A stretch of 64,000 nucleotides of DNA from Candidatus Sysuiplasmataceae archaeon (GCA_046706185.1 JBJKPR010000056.1:11094-75093); one strand, 5' to 3'; positions 1 to 9,866 are shown, numbered from the stretch's first letter. Made by a program: numbers and translations. The notes: a model not told the origin generated them from the letters alone.

Positions 1-218
1 CGGAAAGAAGGAAAAATAATTTCCAGCCGGGTGCTCACCCGGAAAGAGTCTGTTTGGAAAAGCGACTGTAGGCAATAGGTTAATATCCACCTTGCCTCGT
101 TTAGCCTTCGAAATACGGCAAAAGATCTTGAGACTAGATGGCCGGATAAAAGCCCGTGGAATCCAAGTGTCTTCAGGAGAAACATAAGCTGATGAAAGGG
201 GCCCGAACGGAGTGATTA

Positions 219-262
219 GATGCAGAAAGGTGATTTCAAAGATGCAGAAAGGTGATTTCAAA
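219..262 (+). repeat. Perfect 22-bp tandem duplication over the hydrolase start codon
   Basis: GATGCAGAAAGGTGATTTCAAA at 219-240 and again at 241-262. Confidence 0.95.
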
Positions 263-1120
263 TACACAAACGTAGGACAAGTGAAAACCAGGTACGTTGA
301 GAAAGGAAAAGGAGACCCGCTGGTCCTGATACATGGCGGCTATGTCGGCCAGAACAGTACTTTTGTATGCTGGGATCTCAACTTTGACAGACTTTCCGAA
401 GAGTACCACGTTGTTGCGTTTGACAAGCTTGCAATGGGCTTCACTGACAATCCGCCCGCGAATGGCCCCTTCACCACTGCTGCCACAACCAGGCATGCTT
501 ATGATTTCCTCAAGGGAATGGGCCTTGACAACGTCCACGTCGTATCCCATTCCAGAGGGGGGCTTGCTGCAATAAGGCTTGCGCTGGAGTTTCCAGGCTT
601 CGTCCGCTCCCTTACGCTCATAGACTCCGGTTCAGTGGCGCCGGACAATCCGCCGAGGGTCGGAGACTTCTACAAAGACCTGGAGAACAGCATAAAGGAC
701 ATGCCCACGAGGGATGCAATTGTGGCCAGAACAATAGGCAACTCCTATTCCAAGGACCACATAACAGACGGCTGGATTGACGACCTGCTCGAGGCATACA
801 ATCTCCCAAAGTCTGTTGAGGCCAAGAAAAGGACAAGCGGCCTTGGGTCACTTGATGCGATGCCCGATACGAGAGAGCAGAGGGCAGATACTCTGAAGAG
901 GGTCGAGGCTGGCGAGCTGAAGATCCCGACCTTGCTTTTCTGGGGATACAACGACCCGTCTGCACTGGTTGAAAGGGGCATAAACCTCTACAGATTGATG
1001 TGTGGGGCGGTTCCAAGCGTTGACATGCACATCTTCAACCACGCCGGCCATTACTCCTTCAGGGAGCACGCCGATACATTCAATGAGATGTTGCTTGGTT
1101 TCCTGAAGCCGATAGAATAA
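242..1120 (+). CDS. Alpha/beta-fold hydrolase (BphD/MhpC-like)
   Basis: LIHGG oxyanion motif, SHSRGG nucleophile elbow, WGxxD and catalytic His in AGHY. ATG 242 chosen over GTG 212 (see tandem duplication). Confidence 0.85.
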   Translation: MQKGDFKYTNVGQVKTRYVEKGKGDPLVLIHGGYVGQNSTFVCWDLNFDRLSEEYHVVAFDKLAMGFTDNPPANGPFTTAATTRHAYDFLKGMGLDNVHVVSHSRGGLAAIRLALEFPGFVRSLTLIDSGSVAPDNPPRVGDFYKDLENSIKDMPTRDAIVARTIGNSYSKDHITDGWIDDLLEAYNLPKSVEAKKRTSGLGSLDAMPDTREQRADTLKRVEAGELKIPTLLFWGYNDPSALVERGINLYRLMCGAVPSVDMHIFNHAGHYSFREHADTFNEMLLGFLKPIE

Positions 1121-1344
1121 GGAGCGTTCCCCCGTAGCCAGTAATCGACGTACTGTGATTGCCCGCCAGACGACAGCGGCAGCTTCATGCAGTACGGCCT
1201 GACTGCATGCTGCGCGAGCTCCCGGCTCTTTCGGGCGAGCAAGCTCATTCTACTCTGACACCACTACCCGCGAAAAACCTCTTCCAACCTTGTTCCTAAG
1301 GCGCGAAACTGCCCTCTGCCAGGCCCGAAAGCGACGGTGTATCA

Positions 1345-1944
1345 TCAAGACTCTTGAGTTCCATGGTTACGTTCCCCCGCGCCATTCACCTTTCCGGCGG
1401 TGTTGCTGCCGCGCGTGATCGCAAGTCGCATCTCAACAACGGCCTGCCCCGGGGTGTGATGCAGTTCCTCCACGTTGCCTGTGGGAACAAATCCCCTGCT
1501 CCTGTACAGCTCCAAAGCTGCCGTCTGTACAGGATTGACACCGAGCAGGATGTCGGTTGGATTGGCGCAAGACTTTGCCCATGAAATTGCAGCATCAAGC
1601 AACCTTGATGAGATGTGTTTTCCACGGAACTCAGGTTCCACCCACAACCCGAAGAGGTGGAACACAGCCCCGTGGAAAAACAGGCCTGCCAGTCCGATCG
1701 GTCTGTCCCCTGAGCATGCAATCCACAGGCAATCCATCCTGGAAGTGGCATACCGCTCGGTTCTCTCAGTCCAGATAGTGTCTTCGTACGAAAGTTCCGT
1801 TTCGAGCGTGCTGCCGAAGGCGAGCGGGTCAGATTCAAGCGACCTGAGCCGAATGCGCTTGAACATGCTCCATTCGTCCCTGCCAATTCTCCGGACGCTG
1901 ATGTCACACGCCGCGTAACCTGGCGGGTGTGTATCAGGCGACAT
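1345..1944 (-). CDS. GNAT family N-acetyltransferase
   Basis: LWVEPEFRGKHIS acetyl-CoA motif A and ALELYRSRGF motif B. Start uncertain (1944 or 1962). Confidence 0.85.
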   Translation of the reverse strand: MSPDTHPPGYAACDISVRRIGRDEWSMFKRIRLRSLESDPLAFGSTLETELSYEDTIWTERTERYATSRMDCLWIACSGDRPIGLAGLFFHGAVFHLFGLWVEPEFRGKHISSRLLDAAISWAKSCANPTDILLGVNPVQTAALELYRSRGFVPTGNVEELHHTPGQAVVEMRLAITRGSNTAGKVNGAGERNHGTQES

Positions 1945-2127
1945 GACGATAGTGCAGTTCATGCAGCTATTTGGAATTTCGTCGCTTCAAGGCGTAATGC
2001 ATTGACCTGCCGGGCGCAATTGCCACTTCTTCCAACTCCGGCCACCCTGCATGAAGCGGCAGAGTACGTATTGACCGCACGCAAGGCATTTAGCATCTCA
2101 TCCTGCTGGATAAGAAATGTGAGCACA

Positions 2128-2661
2128 ATGATGAACAGGATCCATGTGCTGGTGGCTTATGCCTCAAGAAGCGGGTCCACTGCAGAGATTGCAAGAACAA
2201 TCGGAAACGAACTTGTGATGCTCGGCCTGGATGCAACTGTGATTCCAGCAGACGAGGCATACGATGTGGACAAGTATGATGCCGTTATACTCGGAAGTGC
2301 GATTTATGCATGGAGATGGGAAAAGAGCGCGCTGGAGTTCGCCGAAAGGAACTTGGTGTACCTCAGGCACAAACCTGTCTGGCTTTTCAGCAGCGGACCG
2401 CTTGACTGGTCGGCAGAAAACAGTGACATAAGGCCGGTGAGGGCCGTGAGGAAGCTCTACAGGCTCATCGGAGCAAGGAAACATGTCACTTTTGGGGGCA
2501 AACTGCCCGCTGAGTCTAGGGGGCTTCTTGCGAAACAGGCATCCAAGTCTGAAAACGAAGGGGATTTCAGGGATTTTGGCAAGATCAGGGAATGGGCCAG
2601 CCAGGTGGGCGTGGAAATCAGCCATCTGCAAGGGAAGGCGGTCCTGACAGTTCCGAGGTGA
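2128..2661 (+). CDS. Flavodoxin-domain protein (HemG-like)
   Basis: YASRSGSTAEIA FMN phosphate loop, DAVILGSAIY, WLFSSGP, GDFRDF. Start set at MMNRIHV. Confidence 0.85.
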   Translation: MMNRIHVLVAYASRSGSTAEIARTIGNELVMLGLDATVIPADEAYDVDKYDAVILGSAIYAWRWEKSALEFAERNLVYLRHKPVWLFSSGPLDWSAENSDIRPVRAVRKLYRLIGARKHVTFGGKLPAESRGLLAKQASKSENEGDFRDFGKIREWASQVGVEISHLQGKAVLTVPR

Positions 2662-2913
2662 TGACAATGCGCATCCGGCGCCTGTAGATCATGGCTGTCT
2701 TCCGATAACGGAAGGGCGCGCATTGGGTGCGCAGCCACGGCTCATGGGGCCGGCATGGCAGATGGGTGTTTGACCGAGCCTGGTTATAAATGAGTGGCGC
2801 CGGAGATATTCGGCCAACCGTAAATATAGTGCATAGGCGAAATCAATAGACAGTGTCTCCCGTTAGACACAATTACACGGTGATCGACGAGACTGGATAC
2901 AGAGGCGCTACAC

Positions 2914-3651
2914 ATGGCCGAACAAGGCTCGAGGGCGGATGGCACGAGTGAAAAGCAATCGGAGCAGCCCGGTGCTCGGTATACACCCCACAGTGAAAGA
3001 AGCACGATGCCTTTTAGCAGAAGAAAAATGAGAAGAAGCACAAAACTGATAATAGGTGTAATCGCCACAGTCGCAGTGCTAATCTCCGTCTCCATATTCA
3101 TTTTCCTTTCCTGGAACAACACTGCCACACTTGGGGGAGAAGTTTCTTCCATAAGCTATTCGACCTTTGTGGCCGCAAACTCACCCCCTCCTGGAGTGAC
3201 TGTTGTGAACTCGACCGGGACAATTTACGTCAACCAGACAGGCGTCACCATACTGATTGAATCGACTCCCCCTTGGGCCAACAGGACCGGAGATTTCTTC
3301 ATGTGCTATGGCCTGATCAACCCCACCTTCCAGATCAGGCATGGAATGACGGTCACCTTTGCGCTGGTAAACGCGGATGACGAATACCACAATCTGGTCT
3401 TTTCCGGTGAAGCGCCGCCCTATCAGTACATGCCGATGGCGGGAAACGGCATGGGAATGATGTGGGGTTATCACCAGTGGACAAGAGGAACTGTCATGCT
3501 TAACGGGATGTACGGTAACCTGAGCTGGGGCACAAAGCTGCCCATGGTCTCGCTGCCCATAAGCATTCAGAATACCGGTACATACTGGTATTTCTGCAGC
3601 TACCCTGGGCATGCCCAGTCCGGCATGTACGGGAGGATAATAGCGGTTTGA
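2914..3651 (+). CDS. Membrane-anchored blue copper protein (rusticyanin/sulfocyanin-like)
   Basis: N-terminal TM helix; GLINPT; type-1 Cu ligands H (DEYHN) and C-x4-H-x4-M (YFCSYPGHAQSGMYG). Confidence 0.85.
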   Translation: MAEQGSRADGTSEKQSEQPGARYTPHSERSTMPFSRRKMRRSTKLIIGVIATVAVLISVSIFIFLSWNNTATLGGEVSSISYSTFVAANSPPPGVTVVNSTGTIYVNQTGVTILIESTPPWANRTGDFFMCYGLINPTFQIRHGMTVTFALVNADDEYHNLVFSGEAPPYQYMPMAGNGMGMMWGYHQWTRGTVMLNGMYGNLSWGTKLPMVSLPISIQNTGTYWYFCSYPGHAQSGMYGRIIAV

Positions 3652-4443
3652 CTACTTTTCCCTCCACCTTGCCTTGCTTGCTGCAACGATGAAGAGGAAT
3701 GCAGTAACCGCAACAAGGACAATCCAGCTCATAAGTGCCATCTCCGGCGACAATTGTATGTAGCCACCTTCGTACTGAGCAAGCTGTGCCGCGTAAGTTG
3801 TCGGGGAGAGATATGCTAGGTACCTGTACGGGAGAGGTATGTAGGTTATTGGATAGTAGACAGGCGGAATTGTTGAGAAAAGTGTGGATATCAGTCTGGA
3901 GAAGGCAAAACTCTGAACAATGTCGGTTGAAAACGTTGCGAGGGTGTAGCCGATGGCCATGGAAGTTGCAAACACGAGGAGAAGAACGGCTATGAAGAGC
4001 ATCAACCCCGCAGCGCTCATGTGAACGAAGTAGGCTGCAAGTATGCTGAGCACAATGAGGGCGGGAAGGGAGTAGACAAGCTCTGACACAGCCATGCCGG
4101 ATACATATGTGATCCAGGTCGTGGGAGAGCTTACAACCATATCCTGCAGCTTGAAGTCGTTCTTGAGGTGAGAAAGGTCCGCCTGCAGCGAAGTGCCGGC
4201 GCCAAACATGCTCATTATGAAGCCACCCTCAACCGCTTCGCCTATCAGGGAGCCGTGGCTTACAAATACGATCAACAGCAGAAAGGAGATGGGCGAGAGC
4301 ACTGTGTTTATCAGCACCACCGGGTAGTTCTTCATCTCATAGAGGGAATTCACGAGAATGGATGCCGAGAACTGGCTCAGCCTATTCCTCTTCTTTGTGG
4401 TATTGATGTAACTGTTCCATATCTTCTCCCTGGTCTCCAGCAT
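3652..4443 (-). CDS. ABC-2 type exporter permease
   Basis: About six TM segments, PVYYP...LSPTTY motif, GGAGG before ATG 4443, follows an ABC ATPase. Confidence 0.85.
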   Translation of the reverse strand: MLETREKIWNSYINTTKKRNRLSQFSASILVNSLYEMKNYPVVLINTVLSPISFLLLIVFVSHGSLIGEAVEGGFIMSMFGAGTSLQADLSHLKNDFKLQDMVVSSPTTWITYVSGMAVSELVYSLPALIVLSILAAYFVHMSAAGLMLFIAVLLLVFATSMAIGYTLATFSTDIVQSFAFSRLISTLFSTIPPVYYPITYIPLPYRYLAYLSPTTYAAQLAQYEGGYIQLSPEMALMSWIVLVAVTAFLFIVAASKARWREK

Positions 4444-5362
4444 AATCAATTCCCTCCCTTCGCACTAGGTAGAAAAAAATATCGTCGAGAGAAACAGGGT
4501 TAATTGTAAACCTGATTCCATCCCGTATTAGGTCCCTCGATATCCTAAATGCCTCCTGCTCACCTGTCAGTATCCTCGAACCGTAGTTGCCGCTCATGAT
4601 CTCCCCATCCTCAACTCGTATCGGTGAATGCTTCTGCCCTGCAGGGATTGCCACGCTGTAGCCGTGCCTGACGCTGCGTCTCAGGTCGTCGAGCGTTCCG
4701 ATCCTGATCAGCCGCCCGCCTTCAAGCATGCCGATCCTGTCACCCAGAACCTCCGCTTCCTCCAGATAGTGGGTTGTCAGAAAGGTGAAACGTTCCTTTT
4801 CGATCTCCTTCATCAGAACCCAGAACTCTCTCCTGGAGACAGGGTCAAGTCCCGTAGTGGGTTCGTCCAGGAATATGATCTCTGCATCGGAAGACAGAAC
4901 AGCTGCCACGAGAACTTTCCTCTTCATCCCTCCCGAGAGGGTGCGGTTCAGCCTGTTCATATAATCCTTCATCCCTAGACTGTCAAGAGCATCCGCAGCG
5001 CGCCTCTTCGCCTCTGAAAATCCGAACCCGCGCCACAGCAGATAGGAGGAGACCGTTTGCATTGGGGTCATCCATGGGACAGTCCTTGCCTCCTGCGGAA
5101 CAATCGCTATCTTCTCCCTGAGGCTGACCGCGTCCTTCATCACGTCGATGCCGTCAAATGCTGCTGTGCCGGATGTTGGCTCGAGCTCCGTGGCAAGTAT
5201 GCGGATCAGCGTTGTCTTTCCGGACCCGTTTCTTCCGATGAGCACAAAAGTGCCGGATGTTGGAACTGAGAAGCTGACCGAATCCAGCGCTTTCCTATTT
5301 CCTCCCGGATATATCTTTGTCAGCAAGTTGCACGCTAGAGCACGTCTATCCAGCCCGCTCAT
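4382..5362 (-). CDS. ABC exporter ATP-binding protein
   Basis: GRNGSGKT, LSGGMKRK, FLDEPTTGLD, TTHYLEEAE. Confidence 0.95.
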   Translation of the reverse strand: MSGLDRRALACNLLTKIYPGGNRKALDSVSFSVPTSGTFVLIGRNGSGKTTLIRILATELEPTSGTAAFDGIDVMKDAVSLREKIAIVPQEARTVPWMTPMQTVSSYLLWRGFGFSEAKRRAADALDSLGMKDYMNRLNRTLSGGMKRKVLVAAVLSSDAEIIFLDEPTTGLDPVSRREFWVLMKEIEKERFTFLTTHYLEEAEVLGDRIGMLEGGRLIRIGTLDDLRRSVRHGYSVAIPAGQKHSPIRVEDGEIMSGNYGSRILTGEQEAFRISRDLIRDGIRFTINPVSLDDIFFYLVRREGIDYAGDQGEDMEQLHQYHKEEE

Positions 5363-5515
5363 CGGAGTACCCGCAATAAACGATGAATGAACACATAGAT
5401 AATGCCGTTGCAGAGAGGATCAGAAGGGCAGCGGCTGCGCAGGCAGCTGCGGGTCCAGTGAGGTCGCAGTGCGGAACTCAGCAGACAGAGTAGAAATAAT
5501 GAGGCTGACATCCCG

Positions 5516-6325
5516 TCAACCCGATATCTGAAATCTCCGTCCCCAGTACCAGAATACGGCTGCAAGCAGGGAAACATTGAGGACAACTGATCCTGCTATC
5601 AGCCATGGAAACACGGACATGAAACCGGCTGGCGTGCTCATCATACCCCCCAACGATGGAGCGTAGCCGAAGAAGAAATAGTCGTAGGCAGATGCGGCGG
5701 GAAAAAGTACGCCCAGAACCATGAACGGAATAACGGAGTGTGTTCTTGCCGTAATCTCGCCGTTCAGACCAAGGAATATGCCAAGGAAGAAAAGGAGAAG
5801 AATAGCTGTTCCAAGGGCAGAAACAGAACTCTTAGTCTTCATGGAGACAAGCATCGTGACTGAAGAGACCAGAAGAAGGGGCAGAAAATCAAGCAGCGCC
5901 ACGGAAAGCGCATCGTAGGCGTTGAAAGGGAAATGAACTAGATAAAGCGCATAGAACACTGACGCGGAGGCAACTGAGTACGGCAGGATCACGCCGGTGA
6001 CCAGGATGGGAAGCAGGAGAGTGCTCCTTTTCACTGGCAGAAGAAGGTAGGATGTTTCAACCTCCTGCTCAAGATTTGCGGCAAAGTCGAACACAAGCAC
6101 TTTCAGAACAAACACAGACATGGCGAGTATCGTCACTATGAACTGGTAGTAGGTGTAGTCAACTGCAAGGAATGACTGAAACAGCGGTCCGATGCCCTGC
6201 GATAACTCAGGAGGGATGGAAGGATAATACAACCTGCCCCCGATTATCATAGCAGATGGGGAGGCAACGATCATGAATAACAGCGGCTCCCAGAGTCCGA
6301 ATGAGAGTGACTGCCTCGCCTTCAT
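5516..6325 (-). CDS. ABC-2 type permease
   Basis: Multi-TM, LLLPVKRS motif, directly downstream of an ABC ATPase. Start set at MKARQS. Confidence 0.75.
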   Translation of the reverse strand: MKARQSLSFGLWEPLLFMIVASPSAMIIGGRLYYPSIPPELSQGIGPLFQSFLAVDYTYYQFIVTILAMSVFVLKVLVFDFAANLEQEVETSYLLLPVKRSTLLLPILVTGVILPYSVASASVFYALYLVHFPFNAYDALSVALLDFLPLLLVSSVTMLVSMKTKSSVSALGTAILLLFFLGIFLGLNGEITARTHSVIPFMVLGVLFPAASAYDYFFFGYAPSLGGMMSTPAGFMSVFPWLIAGSVVLNVSLLAAVFWYWGRRFQISG

Positions 6326-6335
6326 AATGAAAACT

Positions 6336-7241
6336 TCAAGAACTCTGTTCACCTGCAACAACCTCCGAGAACAGCTCACCCAGGTCAAAGCGCTGTTTCT
6401 CGACCGAAAACACTGTGACGCCCGCAGCTTCTATTGCAGATATCACTTTCCCGAGATTTCCAGGACTTGCCTGGATGATGATCGCGTCCTTCTCCACGCC
6501 TAGAGCACGGACTGCGTGAGAAGCATCAACCGGATTAGAGACAGTGATCCTCAGTGTGTTGTCTCCGTACCTGCCTGAAGCCCTCGAGACGAAGTCGGCC
6601 GTTCTTGATTGAGCAAGCTTATGCCCGCCGCTTATTATGATGATACTGTCGATGACCTTTTCGAGCTCAGACAGTATGTGGGAGGAAATAAAGAAGGTCG
6701 TTCCCTTCTCGCTGTTTATTCTCCTGATTGTATCATAAAGCTGCATTCTTGCAGTGGGGTCCATGTTTGAGGCTGGTTCGTCGGCGATTATTACGTCAGC
6801 ACTCGCGCACAGGGCTATTGCCAGCTGAGCCTTCTGTTTCATACCCGCCGATAGCTGCTTCACCCTCCTGTCGCGGGCAGTCCAGATATCAAGTGACTTG
6901 AACGCCTCCCTGATAGCCGTTCTGTCAAATCCGTATATTCTCGAAAGGTGCACGAAGTAGTCATATATCTGGATGTAAGGAGGTATGTTGACCGTGTCCA
7001 TTATGAAGAATGTCTTCTCCTTCATGCGTATCGAGGAATATGGCATCTCTCCGTTGACGCTTATCGAGCCGCCATCTGGTACAAGCAGACCTGCCATGAG
7101 ACGAATCGATGTTGTCTTTCCTGCACCGTTTGGACCGACGAAACCAGTGATGCTTCCGCTTTCAACCTCAAAGGATATCGAATCAAGTGCCTTCAGTCTG
7201 CCATAGATTTTCGTAACATTGTCGAAAACTATAGCGGGCGT
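6336..7241 (-). CDS. ABC ATP-binding protein; N-terminus extends past the first ATG (non-canonical start or frameshift)
   Basis: The frame stays open upstream of ATG 7097 and encodes VFDNVTKIYG...GFVGPNGAGKTT (Walker A). LSAGMKQK, ADEP and SSHIL lie downstream. Start placed tentatively at ACG 7241. Confidence 0.85.
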   Translation of the reverse strand, partial: TPAIVFDNVTKIYGRLKALDSISFEVESGSITGFVGPNGAGKTTSIRLMAGLLVPDGGSISVNGEMPYSSIRMKEKTFFIMDTVNIPPYIQIYDYFVHLSRIYGFDRTAIREAFKSLDIWTARDRRVKQLSAGMKQKAQLAIALCASADVIIADEPASNMDPTARMQLYDTIRRINSEKGTTFFISSHILSELEKVIDSIIIISGGHKLAQSRTADFVSRASGRYGDNTLRITVSNPVDASHAVRALGVEKDAIIIQASPGNLGKVISAIEAAGVTVFSVEKQRFDLGELFSEVVAGEQSS

Positions 7242-7345
7242 TTCCTCTGCCTCCAGTAGAATATCAGCAATTCGAGAGCGAATATGACAGCCATCACCGC
7301 GATGCCGGTGATGATTACACTCTCATAGGGTGGCACAGATGACAA
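7229..7345 (-). CDS. Small single-TM protein (~35-38 aa), not in ORF track
   Basis: (L)SSVPPYESVIITGIAVMAVIFALELLIFYWRQRKRPL*: hydrophobic helix plus basic tail, GGAGGTG upstream, overlaps the ABC ATPase start. Start could be TTG 7345, GTG 7336 or ATG 7396. Confidence 0.6.
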   Translation of the reverse strand: MSSVPPYESVIITGIAVMAVIFALELLIFYWRQRKRPL

Positions 7346-7530
7346 CACCTCCGAAAATTGACCGCAGGATGTGGACCAGATTGCTGGGGAATGCATTCAA
7401 CATGGACTCAGCCAGTTACCTGTAGACAGTTATATGCCGGCACGATAGATATAGATCATGTCATCGAAAGTTTACTTCTCTGACCGCGACATGCGCCGGG
7501 GCTGGGGAATAAAGGCGGGTTCTGGGTTTC

Positions 7531-8499
7531 TCAGAACCCGTCGCCGGCGGAGCACATGAAATCATCCCTAGCTGTCCCGAACTCCCTGATTGCCCCCGCC
7601 TGGTCAAGGCCAGCATCGAGCCTTGTACCCATCAGTACTTTCCATTGCGATGGGTAGACAGTGTATCCGTTCTCCCTGAAGAAACCAGCAGTCCCAGCCG
7701 TAAGCACATCACGGAACATGGCGACTCCTCCCTTCCTGACTTTTGATTCTATTGCGCTCAATATCTCAGGCTTTGATTCTCCGGAAAGAACGGCAAACTC
7801 CCTGCACCTCAGCACCGAACCGTCGCCTTCTCTGTAAAGATAACCTGAAGTTCTCCCTTCGCGTTTTACAAGGTAGATGTTCTTCAAAGGGACGCTGCCT
7901 ATCTCAGTCAACACAGGAAGAAGGCCTGCTGGTCTGTGAACGAAGCCGGTTCCCCCGGCAGTAGATGACGCATGAACCTCGCTTATTGTGCTCAAATCAG
8001 ATTTAGTGGCCCGGACAAAACTGTAATTAGGGCGCGGAGACGCCTTCCCGACGGCCCTGAAAGCAATAGGACTGCTGAAAATATCCCTGTAGCCGAGCCT
8101 GGCGTAGAGATCGTGCGCATGCCATGATGAATTGGTCCAAAGGATCGAATGTGTCATGCCTGCCCTCTTCTCAGCCTCGTGCACCTGGCAGATTATATCC
8201 CGTGCAACGCCCCCCCTTGATCTGTCGGCCCTTGTGGTTATCCCTGCGAGCCCTGAAACCTTCATCGTTCCAACTCCTGGAAAAGTGTAGTCAAGCCTGT
8301 ACACTATAACCTCCCCTATCACCTCTCCGCCCTCGATTGCGAACATGCCAAAGTAGTCAGACATGCATCCGCCTCTTTCTCTCAGAAGACGAACTGCGTG
8401 TTCATCCTCAGATCCCCCAAATGCTGCTGTCTGGAGCGAGATTGCCTGAATCTTCTGAGTATCGGTCAGCTCATCATAAGTAACTATTTTCCTTCCCAT
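7531..8499 (-). CDS. Tandem-GNAT (Eis-like) acetyltransferase
   Basis: GLAGITTRADRSRGGVA motif A, LYARLGY, second degenerate GNAT domain. Start set at MGRKIV. Confidence 0.75.
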   Translation of the reverse strand: MGRKIVTYDELTDTQKIQAISLQTAAFGGSEDEHAVRLLRERGGCMSDYFGMFAIEGGEVIGEVIVYRLDYTFPGVGTMKVSGLAGITTRADRSRGGVARDIICQVHEAEKRAGMTHSILWTNSSWHAHDLYARLGYRDIFSSPIAFRAVGKASPRPNYSFVRATKSDLSTISEVHASSTAGGTGFVHRPAGLLPVLTEIGSVPLKNIYLVKREGRTSGYLYREGDGSVLRCREFAVLSGESKPEILSAIESKVRKGGVAMFRDVLTAGTAGFFRENGYTVYPSQWKVLMGTRLDAGLDQAGAIREFGTARDDFMCSAGDGF

Positions 8500-8731
8500 C
8501 TGGTACACAACAGAATGTTGTGAGCACCGCATCACAGATATATCTTGTCGCATCAGTGAAAAGGAACAGCCATGGAGCCATCCCTGCATGCAGGCCTCAC
8601 GGAGGCATTGCACATAATGCAGATGCGCAAATGTGCATGCATGGTGAGTTCAACAGGCAGGCGATTGCATCACCCGGCAGCTGCGATCCGCCTGGCTATC
8701 TAGGTACAATGCTTATTCCTGTGTACTGGAT

Positions 8732-9589
8732 ATGGCAGATCGCATGATGCATGCGATACGGACTGGGTGCATGGGGTGGTCTTATGATGACTGGGTGGGA
8801 CCCTTCTACCCCAGGGGAACAGCGCAGAGAGACTTTCTCAGGCTCTACAGTGACGTTTTTGATGCGGTTGAGGTCGACTCCTCTTTCTACAGCATGCCCT
8901 CGTATCAATTGGTGGAACAATGGAGAAACAGGACACCCGAGGACTTCATGTTCACGCTCAAGCTTCCCAGGGATTTCACCCACGAAGGGCGATTGATGGT
9001 GCATCCATATGCGCTGGAAGAGTTTGAGAACATTGCCTGCGGACTATACCCAAAGCTTGCATGTGTGCTCATAATGATGCCCCCGTCGAGCAGATTCGAA
9101 CACATGTTCGACCAGTTCAGAGGGCTGATATCTGGAATAAGCGACAGAGTAAGGTATGCTGTCGAGTTCAGAAACAGATCCTGGTTCAGGAGTGAGGTTT
9201 TCGATTTTTTGACAGAGAATAAGGTGAGCCTTGTATGGTCTGTCAACCAGTATGTCAACACTCCTCCTGAGCTCACTACAGATCTTGTCTACCTGAGGTT
9301 CATCGGAGACAGGAAGATCACCAGATTTGACAGGGTACAGAGGGACAGGGCAGGTGAAATGAACGACTGGCTGGGCAGGCTGAGAATGAAATTCGACGAG
9401 GGGAGGGTAAAGGAAGCATATGTCTTCTCCAACAACCACTTTGCAGGATTTGCTCCCGGGACGGTGAACATCTTCAGGAGACTGGCGGGACTTGAAGAAA
9501 GGGACTGGAGGGAGCTCATGATAAAGGGAGAGAGCAGGCAGAAAGGGAACACGAGGCAGACTAGCCTGGATTCATCGCAATTCGGGTAA
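8732..9589 (+). CDS. DUF72 (YecE-like) protein
   Basis: GCMGWSYDDWVGPFYP, VEVDSSFY, KLPRDFTH, AVEFRNRSW, YLRFIG, FSNNH. Confidence 0.92.
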   Translation: MADRMMHAIRTGCMGWSYDDWVGPFYPRGTAQRDFLRLYSDVFDAVEVDSSFYSMPSYQLVEQWRNRTPEDFMFTLKLPRDFTHEGRLMVHPYALEEFENIACGLYPKLACVLIMMPPSSRFEHMFDQFRGLISGISDRVRYAVEFRNRSWFRSEVFDFLTENKVSLVWSVNQYVNTPPELTTDLVYLRFIGDRKITRFDRVQRDRAGEMNDWLGRLRMKFDEGRVKEAYVFSNNHFAGFAPGTVNIFRRLAGLEERDWRELMIKGESRQKGNTRQTSLDSSQFG

Positions 9590-9866
9590 CGTGTCGTCAG
9601 TGATGTGCTCAGGCAATGCAATTCAAGAAGACAACACCACCAAGAAGATGGGCACTCTCGCATAATGCAGGTCATTTGTAGATGGACAGGATAGCCGTGA
9701 GGAATTTACTCATCGCAACATTTCTGTACGAGCTGGGGCTGTGCCATGCTGCAGTATGCATGTCTTGTCGCCGAAACACAGTAACGCACACGTCTCAAAT
9801 GCAAGCCAAAAGAACTTATGGGCAATATTTAATTGAACAACTGAGAATACCGGGCCAGATGAACGG

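Noticed and set aside
27..186. Hairpin CCGGGTG-ct-CACCCGG and a minus-strand ORF running off the window edge
   Set aside because: No recognisable motif and context is truncated; cannot be assigned.
4382..4443. 62-nt overlap of ABC ATPase and permease as a possible frameshift
   Set aside because: Both proteins are complete and the permease has its own GGAGG-ATG.
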